Positions 22,712 through 33,008 of a stretch of 64,000 bases of DNA are shown in pieces. Below the pieces are notes generated by a model. It saw only the letters and a program-made list of their open reading frames with translations, was not told where the DNA came from and searched no databases. The position numbers were made by a program, and so were the translations under genes. Where the stretch lies: positions 32,001-96,000 of the forward strand of contig JBHJGN010000044.1 in assembly GCA_050331735.1 (NCBI GenBank), in the 5' to 3' direction. Every line of letters starts with the position of its first letter. Positions within the stretch are counted from its first letter, which is position 1. The stretch comes from Cyanophyceae cyanobacterium (GTDB taxonomy: Bacteria; Cyanobacteriota; Cyanobacteriia; Cyanobacteriales; JBHJGN01).

Positions 22712-22727
22712 TGTATCAATTGTAACA
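22712..22727. promoter_or_regulatory. NtcA-box-like site
   Basis: TGTA-TCAATTGT-AACA, one mismatch to GTA-N8-TAC, upstream of the DUF4278 genes. Confidence 0.45.
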
Positions 22728-22913
22728 GTTTTTTGGGTGACGACAACCTTAAAACTTGATTAAGTCTATCTATTGAAAGCAGCCAGCAGGATGATGGGGA
22801 ACCGCGAGAAAGTGACCTAATTAAGCTAAAAGTTGGTGGTGATCGCCCCATGACCGTCAAAACACCAAAGAGGCCCCGACCGCTTACCGCCAACATATTA
22901 CTAAGAGGAGACA

Positions 22914-23303
22914 TTGATGACAGTGAAGTATACCTATACTCGGCTTCAGGTCAATAACTATCAAGCCTGCAAAGAGTTCTATCGAGATGTAATGGGGTTT
23001 GCCGTCACCTTTGAAGGCGATCGCTACGCAGAACTAGAGACTGGACAAACGAAAATTACGCTGCTAGACCGAAAAAAATTGTCAGCAATTGTTGGGAGCG
23101 ATGTCGCCGCCTATGCAGACCAAGATGATCGTATCGCCCTGAGCTTTGACGTAACCAACCTAGATGAAACCTGCCAGCAGCTCAAAGCGAAAGGCGTAGA
23201 GTTCATTAATAATCCCTGGAGTTTTCCTGACTGGGGATACAAATCTACCTTTTTCCGCGATCCAGACCGAAACCTCATTGAGCTGACTCAGATGTTGACC
23301 TAG
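22914..23303 (+). CDS. VOC/glyoxalase family protein
   Basis: FYRDVMGF, LSFDVTNLD, FFRDPDRNLIEL. Confidence 0.9.
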   Translation: MMTVKYTYTRLQVNNYQACKEFYRDVMGFAVTFEGDRYAELETGQTKITLLDRKKLSAIVGSDVAAYADQDDRIALSFDVTNLDETCQQLKAKGVEFINNPWSFPDWGYKSTFFRDPDRNLIELTQMLT

Positions 23304-23518
23304 GTAACAGAACATTGGTGAGCAATCCATGAGGATAAGGTCGAACATTACGGGCAAGATATGACAGACAATCAGCGACGGGAAAGTTAAACTGTGACTG
23401 AAAAAATATTGCCGGAGACATTCTCTTTCAGCAATGATGCTCTCCTAACTTCGCTGAAGAAGTTATCGAGCTGTCGTAATGGCAATCAGCAAAACTTTTG
23501 AAGATTAAGAGCGCGAGC

Positions 23519-24694
23519 ATGCCTATTTCGTCTACTAACCCTCATCGCGTTGCCCTCTTTCGCCAGAACCTCATGGGCGGTGGAGCAGAAAAAGTAATTG
23601 TGACCCTGGCTCGCCATTTTGCCAAGGATGGTTTTGAGGTTGATCTGGTATTGAGTCGAGCCGAAGGCCCTTTATTAGAGACTGTGCCTCCACAAGTCAG
23701 AATTGTAGACCTGAAGGCTGCTCAAATCGCTCAAAAACGAGCCTTAAAGCTACCCACTAGCTTTCAATCAACCAGCAGCCTTCCTAAGCTGGTGCGCTAT
23801 CTCCAAAAAGAACGACCGACAGCCCTGCTATCGGCTAGTCATTACTCTAATGAAGTGGCTATTCTGGCGAAACAGCTAGCCGGTATTCCGACTCGTGTTG
23901 TGGTCTCTGAACATATTGCTCTTTCAATACAGGCCAAGGGAGTCGAGCAAGTTTCCTCCCGGTTTGCCCCGCTGGCTGCTCGGCTACTCTATTCTCGGGC
24001 AGACGGCATTGTGGCTGTTTCTCAAGGAGTCGCCAAAGATTTGGCTCAGGTGGCCCATTTGAATACCAACCGCATTCAGGTAATTTATAACCCTGTGATT
24101 ACTTCAGAGCTAGCGGAAAAAGCGAAACAGCCTGTAGAACATCCTTGGTTTGCGCCTGACAATCCCCCAGTTGTTTTGGGCGTGGGAAGACTAGTAAAGC
24201 AGAAAGATTTTTCTAACCTCATTAGAGCGTTTGCTCAAGTACGGCAGTTCCGTGAGGCTCGACTCGTTATTTTGGGAAGCGGGCGAGAGCAAAATCGTCT
24301 CAAGGCCTTGGTCAAAGAGCTGAATTTGGAAGATGAGGTTGCTTTGCTAGGCTTTGTTAAAAATCCTTATGCCTATATGGCTCGCGCTGGCGTTTTCGTG
24401 TTGTCTTCAGGCTGGGAAGGCTTACCCACCGTTCTAATCGAAGCCATGGCTGTCGGAACCCCGGTCGTGTCTACTAATTGTCCCAGCGGACCGGAGGAAA
24501 TTCTCAATAACGGACAGTACGGTGAGTTAGTGCCAATAGCGAACAGTCGAGCCCTTGCTGAAGCCATTGTGCAGGTTTTGTCAGGAAAGACAAAGAGTGT
24601 TGACGTCGCTTGGCTTGAGCAGTTTACGCTTGAAACAGCGCTCCAGAAATACCAGCAGGTTTTAAACCTATCGCTTTCTGAATGCGTAAACTAG
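23519..24694 (+). CDS. Glycosyltransferase family 4
   Basis: GGGAEK, VGRLVKQKDF, SSGWEGLPTVLIEAMA. Confidence 0.93.
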   Translation: MPISSTNPHRVALFRQNLMGGGAEKVIVTLARHFAKDGFEVDLVLSRAEGPLLETVPPQVRIVDLKAAQIAQKRALKLPTSFQSTSSLPKLVRYLQKERPTALLSASHYSNEVAILAKQLAGIPTRVVVSEHIALSIQAKGVEQVSSRFAPLAARLLYSRADGIVAVSQGVAKDLAQVAHLNTNRIQVIYNPVITSELAEKAKQPVEHPWFAPDNPPVVLGVGRLVKQKDFSNLIRAFAQVRQFREARLVILGSGREQNRLKALVKELNLEDEVALLGFVKNPYAYMARAGVFVLSSGWEGLPTVLIEAMAVGTPVVSTNCPSGPEEILNNGQYGELVPIANSRALAEAIVQVLSGKTKSVDVAWLEQFTLETALQKYQQVLNLSLSECVN

Positions 24695-24829
24695 AACAAC
24701 ACTTCTATCGGTTTGGTGCCCAGATGGCTTTTAATCTCCACAGTTTTGCTGGTGGCAAAATTAATGTTAACGTCACAAAAGTTTTCTGCCAGCCGAGTGA
24801 CAAGCTGATTCTCTGTGGATAACTAATTT

Positions 24830-25930
24830 ATGACTTCACCCCGCATTGCCTTTTACCTCCGCGCTCTTCTCCAAACGGGAATTGAGAGAAATCAGCTCAA
24901 CCTAGCTCAAAGCTTGGTCCAGAATGGCATCGCAGTTGATTTCGTTCTCAATACTCTTGCCGACAAAGCTCGCCATCGTTTTCCTTCTGGAGTACGCATT
25001 GTCGATCTCAAAGCGCCTAGGTTACCAGCGGGTCTTCCCTTGCTGGTGCGTTATCTGCGCCAAGAACAACCGCTAGCGATGATTTCAGCTCAGCATTTAA
25101 CCAACGAAGCCGCCGTTCTGGCACATCGTTTAGCCGGAGTCTCGACAAAATTGATTGTGTCGGAACATAATCATGTTTCGGCGGAATGGCGCGGTAAACA
25201 GAAACTGACAGAGCGGTTGACTCCCTTGTTTGTGCGGATACTATACCCGTGGGCAGATGGCATTGTGGCGGTTTCTCAAGGTGTGGCTCAAGATTTAGCA
25301 GCAGTGACTCGCCTACCGAGGCAGTCTATTGAGGTTATTTACAATTCTGTCGTCACTCCCAAGGTCTTTGAACAGGCCAAAGAGCCCGTCGAACATACCT
25401 GGTTCGGCGCAGGAGAGCCGCCAGTGATTTTAGGAGTCGGTAGACTACACCCACAGAAAGATTTTCCCACGTTAATCCGCGCTTTTGCTCGAGTGCGACG
25501 CGAACAACCAGCTCGATTAGTCATTCTCGGCGGAGGACCAGAACGGCAAAGATTGCAGGCGTTAGTGCGCGAGTTAGCTCTAGAAGAGGATGTCGCTCTG
25601 CTGGGTTTTGTTCCTAATCCGTTTGCTTATATGGCTCGTGCTGCCGTATTTGTTTTATCTTCTGCGTGGGAGGGATTTGGTAATGTGATTGCCGAAGCGA
25701 TGGCGGTAGGAACTCCAGTCGTTTCAACCGACTGCCCTTCGGGTCCGGCTGAGATTCTCGACAATGGTCAGTACGGACATTTAGTGCCTGTGGGGAATAG
25801 CGAGGCTCTTTCTCAAGCCGTGTTGGCGGTATTAGCTGGCGACTACAAAACGGTTCCTCCTGGTTGGCTAGACCAGTTTACCCCGGAAGTTGTTGTCCAA
25901 AAATATCAACAGCTTCTCGGTCTTGCTTAA
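24830..25930 (+). CDS. Glycosyltransferase family 4 (paralogue of the upstream gene)
   Basis: VGRLHPQKDF, SSAWEGFGNVIAEAMA. Confidence 0.93.
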   Translation: MTSPRIAFYLRALLQTGIERNQLNLAQSLVQNGIAVDFVLNTLADKARHRFPSGVRIVDLKAPRLPAGLPLLVRYLRQEQPLAMISAQHLTNEAAVLAHRLAGVSTKLIVSEHNHVSAEWRGKQKLTERLTPLFVRILYPWADGIVAVSQGVAQDLAAVTRLPRQSIEVIYNSVVTPKVFEQAKEPVEHTWFGAGEPPVILGVGRLHPQKDFPTLIRAFARVRREQPARLVILGGGPERQRLQALVRELALEEDVALLGFVPNPFAYMARAAVFVLSSAWEGFGNVIAEAMAVGTPVVSTDCPSGPAEILDNGQYGHLVPVGNSEALSQAVLAVLAGDYKTVPPGWLDQFTPEVVVQKYQQLLGLA

Positions 25931-26057
25931 CAAAATTAATTGTGCCGGTTCACTCTGTTGAGAAGTTAAACCCACTCATCTCCAGCAACGAACAAAAATA
26001 GCTTAATTTGGGTATCAAGGAACAACAAATCAGTTTGAGCACTCCAGGAATCAGGAC

Positions 26058-26870
26058 ATGCTAAACAATCACCATACATCTCAAAGCCTGAATATAGAGA
26101 CGGATTTAGCGCTGCTGTTGACGGCAAGCATCGATATTAAGGGCATGCCGAGGGCGACTCCTACCGTTCCTGAACAACGGCAGGAAGATTACTTCAACGC
26201 GTTATCCTACTACGTCAACAATCATCCCCAAGTTCGCAAGATTATCTTTGTGGAAAACTCCGGTTGGAATCTAGACCGAGTGAAGGAGGCCACTCGAGAA
26301 AATCCTCACAATAAGGAAGTCGACTTTGTTTCGCTAGACTGCAACGACTTTCCCCGCGAGTACGGCAAAGGCTATGGAGAATGTTTACTGATCGATAAAG
26401 GTATTGCTGCCTCTGAACTAGCGCAAAGCGTGAACTACATTGCTAAAATTACGGGGCGCATTTATTTACTGAACCTGACGCAGCTCCTGCGCAGCGTCAG
26501 AGACCCCTACGATTGTTACTGTGACTATAAAGACCACGGCTGGCGCATCCGAAGACTATGGGGAGAAACGGGCGTTGGCCCCCACTGCGATACGCGCTTT
26601 TTAGTATTTAGTCTTGACTTTTACCGTCAACATCTGCAAAAGCTTCATCGACAGCATCCAGGAGGAGGTTTTTGTATAGAAGCCGAGGTTTACAACGCGA
26701 TGAAGGAAGCCGAGGCCCAAGAAAAAATTATTTCTCGTTTTCCTCTCGAACCAGACTATCGCGGCGTTGCGGGTCATTTTCAGGGCAAAGACTACGACAG
26801 TCCGAAAGAACGAGCGAAATTTGTTGTGCGCTCCTGGTCTCGCCGCGTCGTTCCTTGGGCACATCTTTAA
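26058..26870 (+). CDS. Hypothetical protein, possibly an unclassified glycosyltransferase
   Basis: LLLTASI, IIFVENSG, GKGYGE and KITGR motifs; follows two GT4 genes. Confidence 0.65.
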   Translation: MLNNHHTSQSLNIETDLALLLTASIDIKGMPRATPTVPEQRQEDYFNALSYYVNNHPQVRKIIFVENSGWNLDRVKEATRENPHNKEVDFVSLDCNDFPREYGKGYGECLLIDKGIAASELAQSVNYIAKITGRIYLLNLTQLLRSVRDPYDCYCDYKDHGWRIRRLWGETGVGPHCDTRFLVFSLDFYRQHLQKLHRQHPGGGFCIEAEVYNAMKEAEAQEKIISRFPLEPDYRGVAGHFQGKDYDSPKERAKFVVRSWSRRVVPWAHL

Positions 26871-26986
26871 CAGTGACTAGTTATTGATGGATCGTGCTGA
26901 GTGTTCAGTGATCATGCTTAGTTGGTGACCAGTTACCAGTCTAGTTAATTAACCGACAGGTTGCTCTGGTCACTGGTCACTGTTGA
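26871..26986. repeat. Degenerate heptameric STRR-type repeats
   Basis: CAGTGAC/GGTGACC/AGTTACC and TGGTCAC TGGTCAC runs; similar runs near 28674-28761, 37057-37100, 45600-45640 and 52720-52745. Confidence 0.5.
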
Positions 26987-27035
26987 ATGTGGTAGGCTAT
27001 CTTCTCAAGGAACGAGTGAGGGAGAAAGAGTGGTA

Positions 27036-28097
27036 ATGCGGGTTGGTTTGCTGTTTGGCGGTTGTTCAGGGGAACATGAAGTTTCGCTGAGCTCGGCACG
27101 GGCGATCGCCGATGCTTTAGAGTCAGAGGAGAATCGAGCAAATTATGCAGTTCTGCCTGTCTATATTCAGAAGAACGGGGTTTGGCAAACTGGGGAAGTG
27201 GCCCAGCAGGTTTTAGAATCCGCTCAGGCTCTCAAACCGGGTGCTGAACGCTCCCGTGGCTTTTCGCAGTTGAGCTTAGCTCAGCAGCAAAGCCTGTCGG
27301 AAATCGAAGTCTGGTTTCCGGTCCTTCACGGACCTAATGGCGAGGATGGAACGGTTCAGGGAATGCTAAAGCTAATGCAGATTCCCTTTGTTGGCTCGGG
27401 CGTGTTAGGCTCTGCCCTAGGGATGGATAAGATTGCCATGAAGATGGCTTTTGCTCAGGCCGGACTGCCGCAGGTCCAATACGCAATCGTTCATCGCTCT
27501 CAGGTCTGGTCGAGTCCGTGCGAATTTCCTAAACTCTGCGATCGCCTCGAAGAATTAGGCTATCCTTGCTTTGTTAAACCGGCCAATTTAGGATCGTCGG
27601 TGGGCATTGCTAAAGTGCGCAACCGCCGCGAACTCGAAGCCGCTCTCGACAACGTAGCCAGTTACGACCGCCGTATCATTGTTGAAGCGGGAGTCGAGGC
27701 GCGAGAAGTCGAATGTGCTGTGCTGGGCAACGAGCGGCCAGAAACGTCTGTCGTCGGAGAAATCACCTACAGCAGCGATTTCTACGACTACGAAACCAAA
27801 TATACCCCAGGACAAGCACAGCTTCATATTCCGGCGGAGCTTCCCGATGCCGTTGCTGCTCGAATTCAGTTGATGTCTCTTGAGGCTTTTGCAGCGATTG
27901 ATGCAGCGGGGTTGGCACGGGTAGATTTCTTTTACGTAGAAGCCACCGGAGACGTATTAATCAACGAAATCAATACGTTTCCTGGTTTTACCGCTACCAG
28001 CATGTATCCGCGGCTTTGGAAAGCGAAGGGCGTATCCTTTCCCCAGTTAGTCGATCGGCTTGTGCAGCTAGCCTTGGAGCGTCATCAGGAAGGTTGA
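27036..28097 (+). CDS. ddl: D-alanine--D-alanine ligase
   Basis: [35 protein letters not shown]. Confidence 0.97.
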   Translation: MRVGLLFGGCSGEHEVSLSSARAIADALESEENRANYAVLPVYIQKNGVWQTGEVAQQVLESAQALKPGAERSRGFSQLSLAQQQSLSEIEVWFPVLHGPNGEDGTVQGMLKLMQIPFVGSGVLGSALGMDKIAMKMAFAQAGLPQVQYAIVHRSQVWSSPCEFPKLCDRLEELGYPCFVKPANLGSSVGIAKVRNRRELEAALDNVASYDRRIIVEAGVEAREVECAVLGNERPETSVVGEITYSSDFYDYETKYTPGQAQLHIPAELPDAVAARIQLMSLEAFAAIDAAGLARVDFFYVEATGDVLINEINTFPGFTATSMYPRLWKAKGVSFPQLVDRLVQLALERHQEG

Positions 28098-28213
28098 TTG
28101 TGACTCGACTGCCACTACGTCCGTGGCTCCTGCAAGCGCTGCGATCGCCGATAAAGTGGAAGAGAATTTGAGGTAATCTTTACTGTGGTAAACGCCAACA
28201 ACATAAGGAGACA

Positions 28214-28666
28214 ATGGTGGAACGAACATTTATCATGATCAAGCCCGATGGTGTCCAGCGAAGATTAGTGGGCGAAGTGATTCAACGACTCGAAGCTAAG
28301 GGGTTTACGCTGGTAGGACTCAAGCTGATGCAGGTTTCTCGAGAACTGGCCGAGAAACACTACGACGTTCATAAAGATAAACCCTTCTTTTCTGGGCTGG
28401 TCGAATTTATTATTTCTGCGCCCGTTGTCGCTACGGTGTGGGAAGGAGAAGGAGTGATTGCAGCCGCTCGAAAAATTATTGGCGCGACTAATCCCCTTAA
28501 TGCTGAACCCGGAACAATCAGGGGCGATTACGGAGTCAGCATCGGGCGGAATCTCATTCACGGCTCTGATGCTCCTGAAACAGCACAGCAAGAAATTGGA
28601 CTCTGGTTTCAAGAAGAAGAATTAGTTAGTTGGGAGCCAACGCTGAAGTCCTGGCTGTACGAGTAA
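28214..28666 (+). CDS. ndk: Nucleoside diphosphate kinase
   Basis: [22 protein letters not shown]. Confidence 0.98.
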   Translation: MVERTFIMIKPDGVQRRLVGEVIQRLEAKGFTLVGLKLMQVSRELAEKHYDVHKDKPFFSGLVEFIISAPVVATVWEGEGVIAAARKIIGATNPLNAEPGTIRGDYGVSIGRNLIHGSDAPETAQQEIGLWFQEEELVSWEPTLKSWLYE

Positions 28667-28761
28667 CACAGAACAGTAACCAGCGACTCAATAAACTAGA
28701 CTTGAGCGCTGGTTGCTAACTCAGCCCCCATTAGTGCCTGACAACTAGTCACTGGTCGCTG

Positions 28762-29457
28762 TTATCCCTCCTCTTCTTCTAGCGGCTTCGGCGTACGTTC
28801 AGAAAATCCCCAAATGAAGATGGCAACAATGGTGGCAGTCATAAACCATTCGGGTAGGTTCCATTCCGGGTTAACAACTCTGAATAACAAGCGGATGCCT
28901 ACTAGACCAACGGTAATAAAGCCGGCATCTTCTAGGTGAGTATATTCTTTGAGTAAGCGAATGAATAACCCGGCTAAAAATCTGAGCGTAATCACCCCAA
29001 CGGTTCCCCCTACGATAATCAGCCAGGTTTCATCAGCAACGGCAATCGCGGCTGTGACGCTGTCTAAGGAAAAGGCAAAATCGGTCAGGGCAATCATCGG
29101 AATAGCTTGCCATACCGAGGCAAAGGCAAGGCCGTGATGAACCTGCTTTTTTTCTTCTGGAGAGGCAAAGTAGTTAAATACTAACCACAGAAGATAGGCG
29201 GCTCCAATGAGCTCAAACTGCCAAAACTGAATCACCCAGGTAGCCGTCACGATCAGAGTAATCCGCAAGATGTAGGCAAATAAAAGGCCGAGATTGAGGG
29301 CGCGGCGCTGAAGTTTAGCGCTTTCTAATCCTTGAGCAATAGCGGCTAGGGCGATCGCATTGTCTGCTGACAATACTGCTTCTAATGCCACCAAAATTAA
29401 TAATACTCCCAAAGCTTCGGCACTAACGTTGACAGACAAATCAAGATGGTCTAGCAT
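28762..29457 (-). CDS. TerC family membrane protein
   Basis: LEAVLSADNA, DFAFSLDSV. Confidence 0.92.
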   Translation of the reverse strand: MLDHLDLSVNVSAEALGVLLILVALEAVLSADNAIALAAIAQGLESAKLQRRALNLGLLFAYILRITLIVTATWVIQFWQFELIGAAYLLWLVFNYFASPEEKKQVHHGLAFASVWQAIPMIALTDFAFSLDSVTAAIAVADETWLIIVGGTVGVITLRFLAGLFIRLLKEYTHLEDAGFITVGLVGIRLLFRVVNPEWNLPEWFMTATIVAIFIWGFSERTPKPLEEEEG

Positions 29458-29707
29458 TTATCGCGATTCAGAGCTGATACAGAGCGGATGGCAAGATTTT
29501 CCGCTCATCAATGTTTTCATATTCCAGCTTAGCGTTTAGTTGGGGTCGAAAGAACTGTTTTTTGTGTCCTGCTTCGCCTATAAAGGCTTGACGAGAAGAA
29601 ATCAGGAGTTTGAATATGTTGCAACTTGTAACAAGAGGCTTCGCAAACGGTCAGACATAGCGCAAGCTTAAAAATAATTGATATTTAACTTGGAGGAAAC
29701 TGTATTT

Positions 29708-29806
29708 ATGGAACTATCTAATACTCAAGTGTTGGTTGCTTTAGTAGTTGCCTTGATTCCCGGCATTTTAGCATTCCGGCTAGCGACGGAACTTTATAAG
29801 TCCTAA
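29708..29806 (+). CDS. psaM: Photosystem I reaction centre subunit XII
   Basis: Below the ORF-track cutoff: MELSNTQVLVALVVALIPGILAFRLATELYKS; GGAGG upstream. Confidence 0.95.
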   Translation: MELSNTQVLVALVVALIPGILAFRLATELYKS

Positions 29807-29904
29807 TCAATTGGTCTGGCTACTTGCACATTCTGCTTTTTTGTGTTTAGAAAGAAGGCAACGCAAGAACATCGGGGCGTATCGTAATATGCCCCCTCTT
29901 GAGC

Positions 29905-30279
29905 ATGACAGAAACCATGAATCAACCATCCTCCCGCCTTTCTAGACAGCGACATGGCTCTCGGCAGCCAGAGTCCTACCGCGCAGTTGCTGTTGAAACA
30001 ACGATCAAGATTTGTATTAATGGAGTGCTCTCAGCGGCAGCAATCTCCGCTCTCATGAAGCTATTGCCGTATCATCAAACTCAACAGGCCAAGCTCCAGG
30101 AAATCCACGGCGAACTAGACCAGGTTGAACAACGAGTCGATGCGCTCCGAAATAACTTTGGTCGTAATTTTGATCCTCACCAAACGAAGACGGTGATGAA
30201 AGAATACAGTCCGAGGATCGATCCCAACCAGCATCGAGTTTTTTTATTAGAAGAAACCCCAGAGGCACAGAGTGATTAA
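29905..30279 (+). CDS. Slr1601-like putative cell division protein (TM plus coiled coil)
   Basis: LLPY...QQAKL...FGRNFDP motif; directly downstream of psaM. Confidence 0.7.
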   Translation: MTETMNQPSSRLSRQRHGSRQPESYRAVAVETTIKICINGVLSAAAISALMKLLPYHQTQQAKLQEIHGELDQVEQRVDALRNNFGRNFDPHQTKTVMKEYSPRIDPNQHRVFLLEETPEAQSD

Positions 30280-30450
30280 CGGGGAAAAGGAGAAGGGGGC
30301 AAGAGGAAAGGGCACAAGCGCTCTTCGTTGAGCTGAAATTCTTAAATCGGCCTGAAGTATAGGGACACGGTCGCTAGGGAGTCCACCGCTTCACTTTTTT
30401 CCCCTGCGCCGATTCGTCAGACAGTTAAGAAGATTGGGCAGAGAACGTGA

Positions 30451-32046
30451 ATGCTAGGCAGTGCTGTTGTCATTCTTCTGCTGGGCTTTGTTAGCGGTCA
30501 GCTTGCCCGTCGATTAGGAGCACCTCCCCTGATCGGCATGATTTTAGCCGGGATTGTTATTGGACCGGAGTTAGGACACTTTATTAGTGCAGAATTCTTC
30601 AATCTCGCAGATGACCTGAGAACGATTGCCGTGATGGTCATCCTGATGCGAGCGGGACTGGGACTCGATCGAGACAAGCTAATGCAGCAGGGCAGCGTCG
30701 CTCTGCGTTTGGGGTTTCTACCGGCTACGACAGAGGCCATCGCTGTAGCGGTGGCTGCCACGCTCCTATTTCAGTTTGACTTTCTGACGGGGCTACTGCT
30801 GGGATGTGTTGTCGGGGCAGAGTCTCCGGCGGTAATCGTGCCAGGCATGTTGCGGCTGAAAAGCTTGGGATGGGGCATTGGTAAAGGCATTCCTGACGTG
30901 ATTCTCACAGGCAGCGCTCTATCGGATGTGCTGGTGCTGCTGGTGTTTAGTCTGTTGCTAAACTTCTTGGCAGGAACGGTCGGGGATCAGGCGATCGCTT
31001 TTCTCCCCCTGCAAGTTGGGCTTCAAATTGCCTTGGGGCTTCTCCTTGGCTGTTTCGCTGCCCGACTGCTCGTTTGGCTGGCTCAGTGGCTGCAAAACAC
31101 TGTTCAGGCTACACTTACCGTAGCGGGCATGGCTTTATCTTTAATTCTGCTGGCTCAATCCTTACCTTATTCTGGCTACCTGGCAACGATGGCGCTGGGT
31201 TTTTTTCTGCTTGAATTCGATCCTCCCTTGGCGCGCCAGATGCGCATTGAATTTAATCATCTGTGGGTAGTTGCGGAAATTGTGTTATTTGTCCTGCTGG
31301 GAGCGAGTATTCAGCTAGAGATGTTAGAAAATCTGCTTTTACCAGGGGGACTGATTTTAGCAGTTGGTTTGTTTGTGGGTCGTCCGGTTGGGTGGTATCT
31401 AGCGACGCTTGGAAGTAACTGGACCGGACGAGAACGACTGTTTTTGCTGCCGGGAAATTCGGCTAAAGCCACGGTGCAGGCAGCAATCGGGGCTATTCCT
31501 CTTAGTCGAGGAGTTGAGGGGGGAGAGGTGATTTTGGCGATCGCTGCCCTGTCGATTTTGACAACGGCTCCACTAGGAGCGTGGGCCATTGGGGCTTTTG
31601 CCCCTAAACTCTTAACCCAATCTCCTGTCGATCCGACCAAAGTAACGGTTGACTCTCATACTCTAGTGTTAGCGGCTGTCGATACTTCTCTCCTCGCAAC
31701 TGCCGTGTTGACCAAAGCCGCCGATTTAGCTAGACGCAGTAATGGGGAGGTCATTGTTCTGCATGTTACTAATCATCCGCACACTAGGGAGATTGAGCAG
31801 CTTCGCCAGCATCAGCGCTTGCTTTTGGATATCCGTCATCAATTTATCTTTGTTAATGGTCCCGTTCCAGAAGCCATTGTACAAACTGCCCAGGACTATC
31901 AAGCGACCGACATTGTCATGGGTAAGCGCGGACATCGGTCTTTAGAAGATGTCTTGATTGGTTCTGTATCTCAAAGTGTTATCGAAACTAGTTCAATTCC
32001 TGTGACCTTGGTTGAAGATAGTCAAGCAAATACTAAATTCAGTTAA
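30451..32046 (+). CDS. Cation:proton antiporter with C-terminal universal stress protein domain
   Basis: AESPAVIVP, KATVQAAIG; USP motif IVMGKRG...IGSVS. Confidence 0.9.
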   Translation: MLGSAVVILLLGFVSGQLARRLGAPPLIGMILAGIVIGPELGHFISAEFFNLADDLRTIAVMVILMRAGLGLDRDKLMQQGSVALRLGFLPATTEAIAVAVAATLLFQFDFLTGLLLGCVVGAESPAVIVPGMLRLKSLGWGIGKGIPDVILTGSALSDVLVLLVFSLLLNFLAGTVGDQAIAFLPLQVGLQIALGLLLGCFAARLLVWLAQWLQNTVQATLTVAGMALSLILLAQSLPYSGYLATMALGFFLLEFDPPLARQMRIEFNHLWVVAEIVLFVLLGASIQLEMLENLLLPGGLILAVGLFVGRPVGWYLATLGSNWTGRERLFLLPGNSAKATVQAAIGAIPLSRGVEGGEVILAIAALSILTTAPLGAWAIGAFAPKLLTQSPVDPTKVTVDSHTLVLAAVDTSLLATAVLTKAADLARRSNGEVIVLHVTNHPHTREIEQLRQHQRLLLDIRHQFIFVNGPVPEAIVQTAQDYQATDIVMGKRGHRSLEDVLIGSVSQSVIETSSIPVTLVEDSQANTKFS

Positions 32047-32166
32047 ATCAGTATGGCTAAGAGACGCAGCCAATAACCGTTGGTTTAAACGGTTTATAGT
32101 TAGTGGTTCTATTCAGCCGCTGCAATAATCTTTTGCCACCTCACGAACTCATGGGTTCTGCCAGCG

Positions 32167-32853
32167 CTAAGAGCGCAAGCTCAATTTTTGGTTATAGTAA
32201 TCAATTGCGTTCTGAACGTCTTGCTGTGAGAGCACAGGCCAGAAAGAATCCGTAAAGTAGAAGTAGGCATAGGCGCTTTGCCACAGCAAATAATTGCTCA
32301 GGCGTTGCTCACCACCAGCGCGAACGACTAAATCTAGATCAGGAAGTTCAGCCGTATATAGGAATTGAGAGAAGAACGCTTCCGTAATTTCTTCTGGTTG
32401 GATTCGTTGAGCGACTACCTGGCGGACTGCCTCGACAATCTCTGCACGTCCGCCGTAGTTAAATGCCAGATTGAGGACTCTGTGACTATGGGTTTTCGTT
32501 AGATCTACAGCAGCATCAATCACTTTAAGTACGGATTCAGAAATTCCTTGTCGGCTACCACTGTGTAGCACTCGCACTTGGCGATTGTGTAGCTCATCAG
32601 CTAAGTGGGGACCGAGTTCCTCAATGCTGCTCATCAATGCCTGAACCTCGTCTGTAGGTCTTTTCCAATTCTCGGTTGACCAGACATAGGCTGAGACAAT
32701 ATCAATCTTGAAGAGATGACAGATATCGAGAACATCAAGAATGTGGGCAATACCGGCACGATGGCCTGCGCTGCGAGACAACCCATGCTGAACTGCCCAG
32801 CGCCCGTTACCGTCCATGATAAAACCAATGTGTTTTGGAATATGCATTGTCAA
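32167..32853 (-). CDS. Cis-isoprenyl transferase (UppS-like paralogue)
   Basis: HIGFIMDGNGRWA, STENWKRP, NYGGR, RLSNYLLWQ. Confidence 0.9.
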   Translation of the reverse strand: MTMHIPKHIGFIMDGNGRWAVQHGLSRSAGHRAGIAHILDVLDICHLFKIDIVSAYVWSTENWKRPTDEVQALMSSIEELGPHLADELHNRQVRVLHSGSRQGISESVLKVIDAAVDLTKTHSHRVLNLAFNYGGRAEIVEAVRQVVAQRIQPEEITEAFFSQFLYTAELPDLDLVVRAGGEQRLSNYLLWQSAYAYFYFTDSFWPVLSQQDVQNAIDYYNQKLSLRS

Positions 32854-33008
32854 ACTGAGCTAAAACATTTAAGTCTTATCAATCTTATCTAATAGGAAAT
32901 AGGTAGTTACAGCGATGTTTTTTGATTAACAATTCGGTTATAGTTCGTTCCCTTAATTTAACTCGTTAAAACAACAAAATAGAACGGCTGTAAGTGTTTT
33001 ACAAGCTA

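Noticed and set aside
29460..29560. Possible yybP-ykoY Mn riboswitch upstream of terC
   Set aside because: No GGGGAGUA/CAAUAC core; only a generic hairpin
30300..30450. Possible fluoride or Na/Li riboswitch before the antiporter
   Set aside because: Consensus motifs not recognisable
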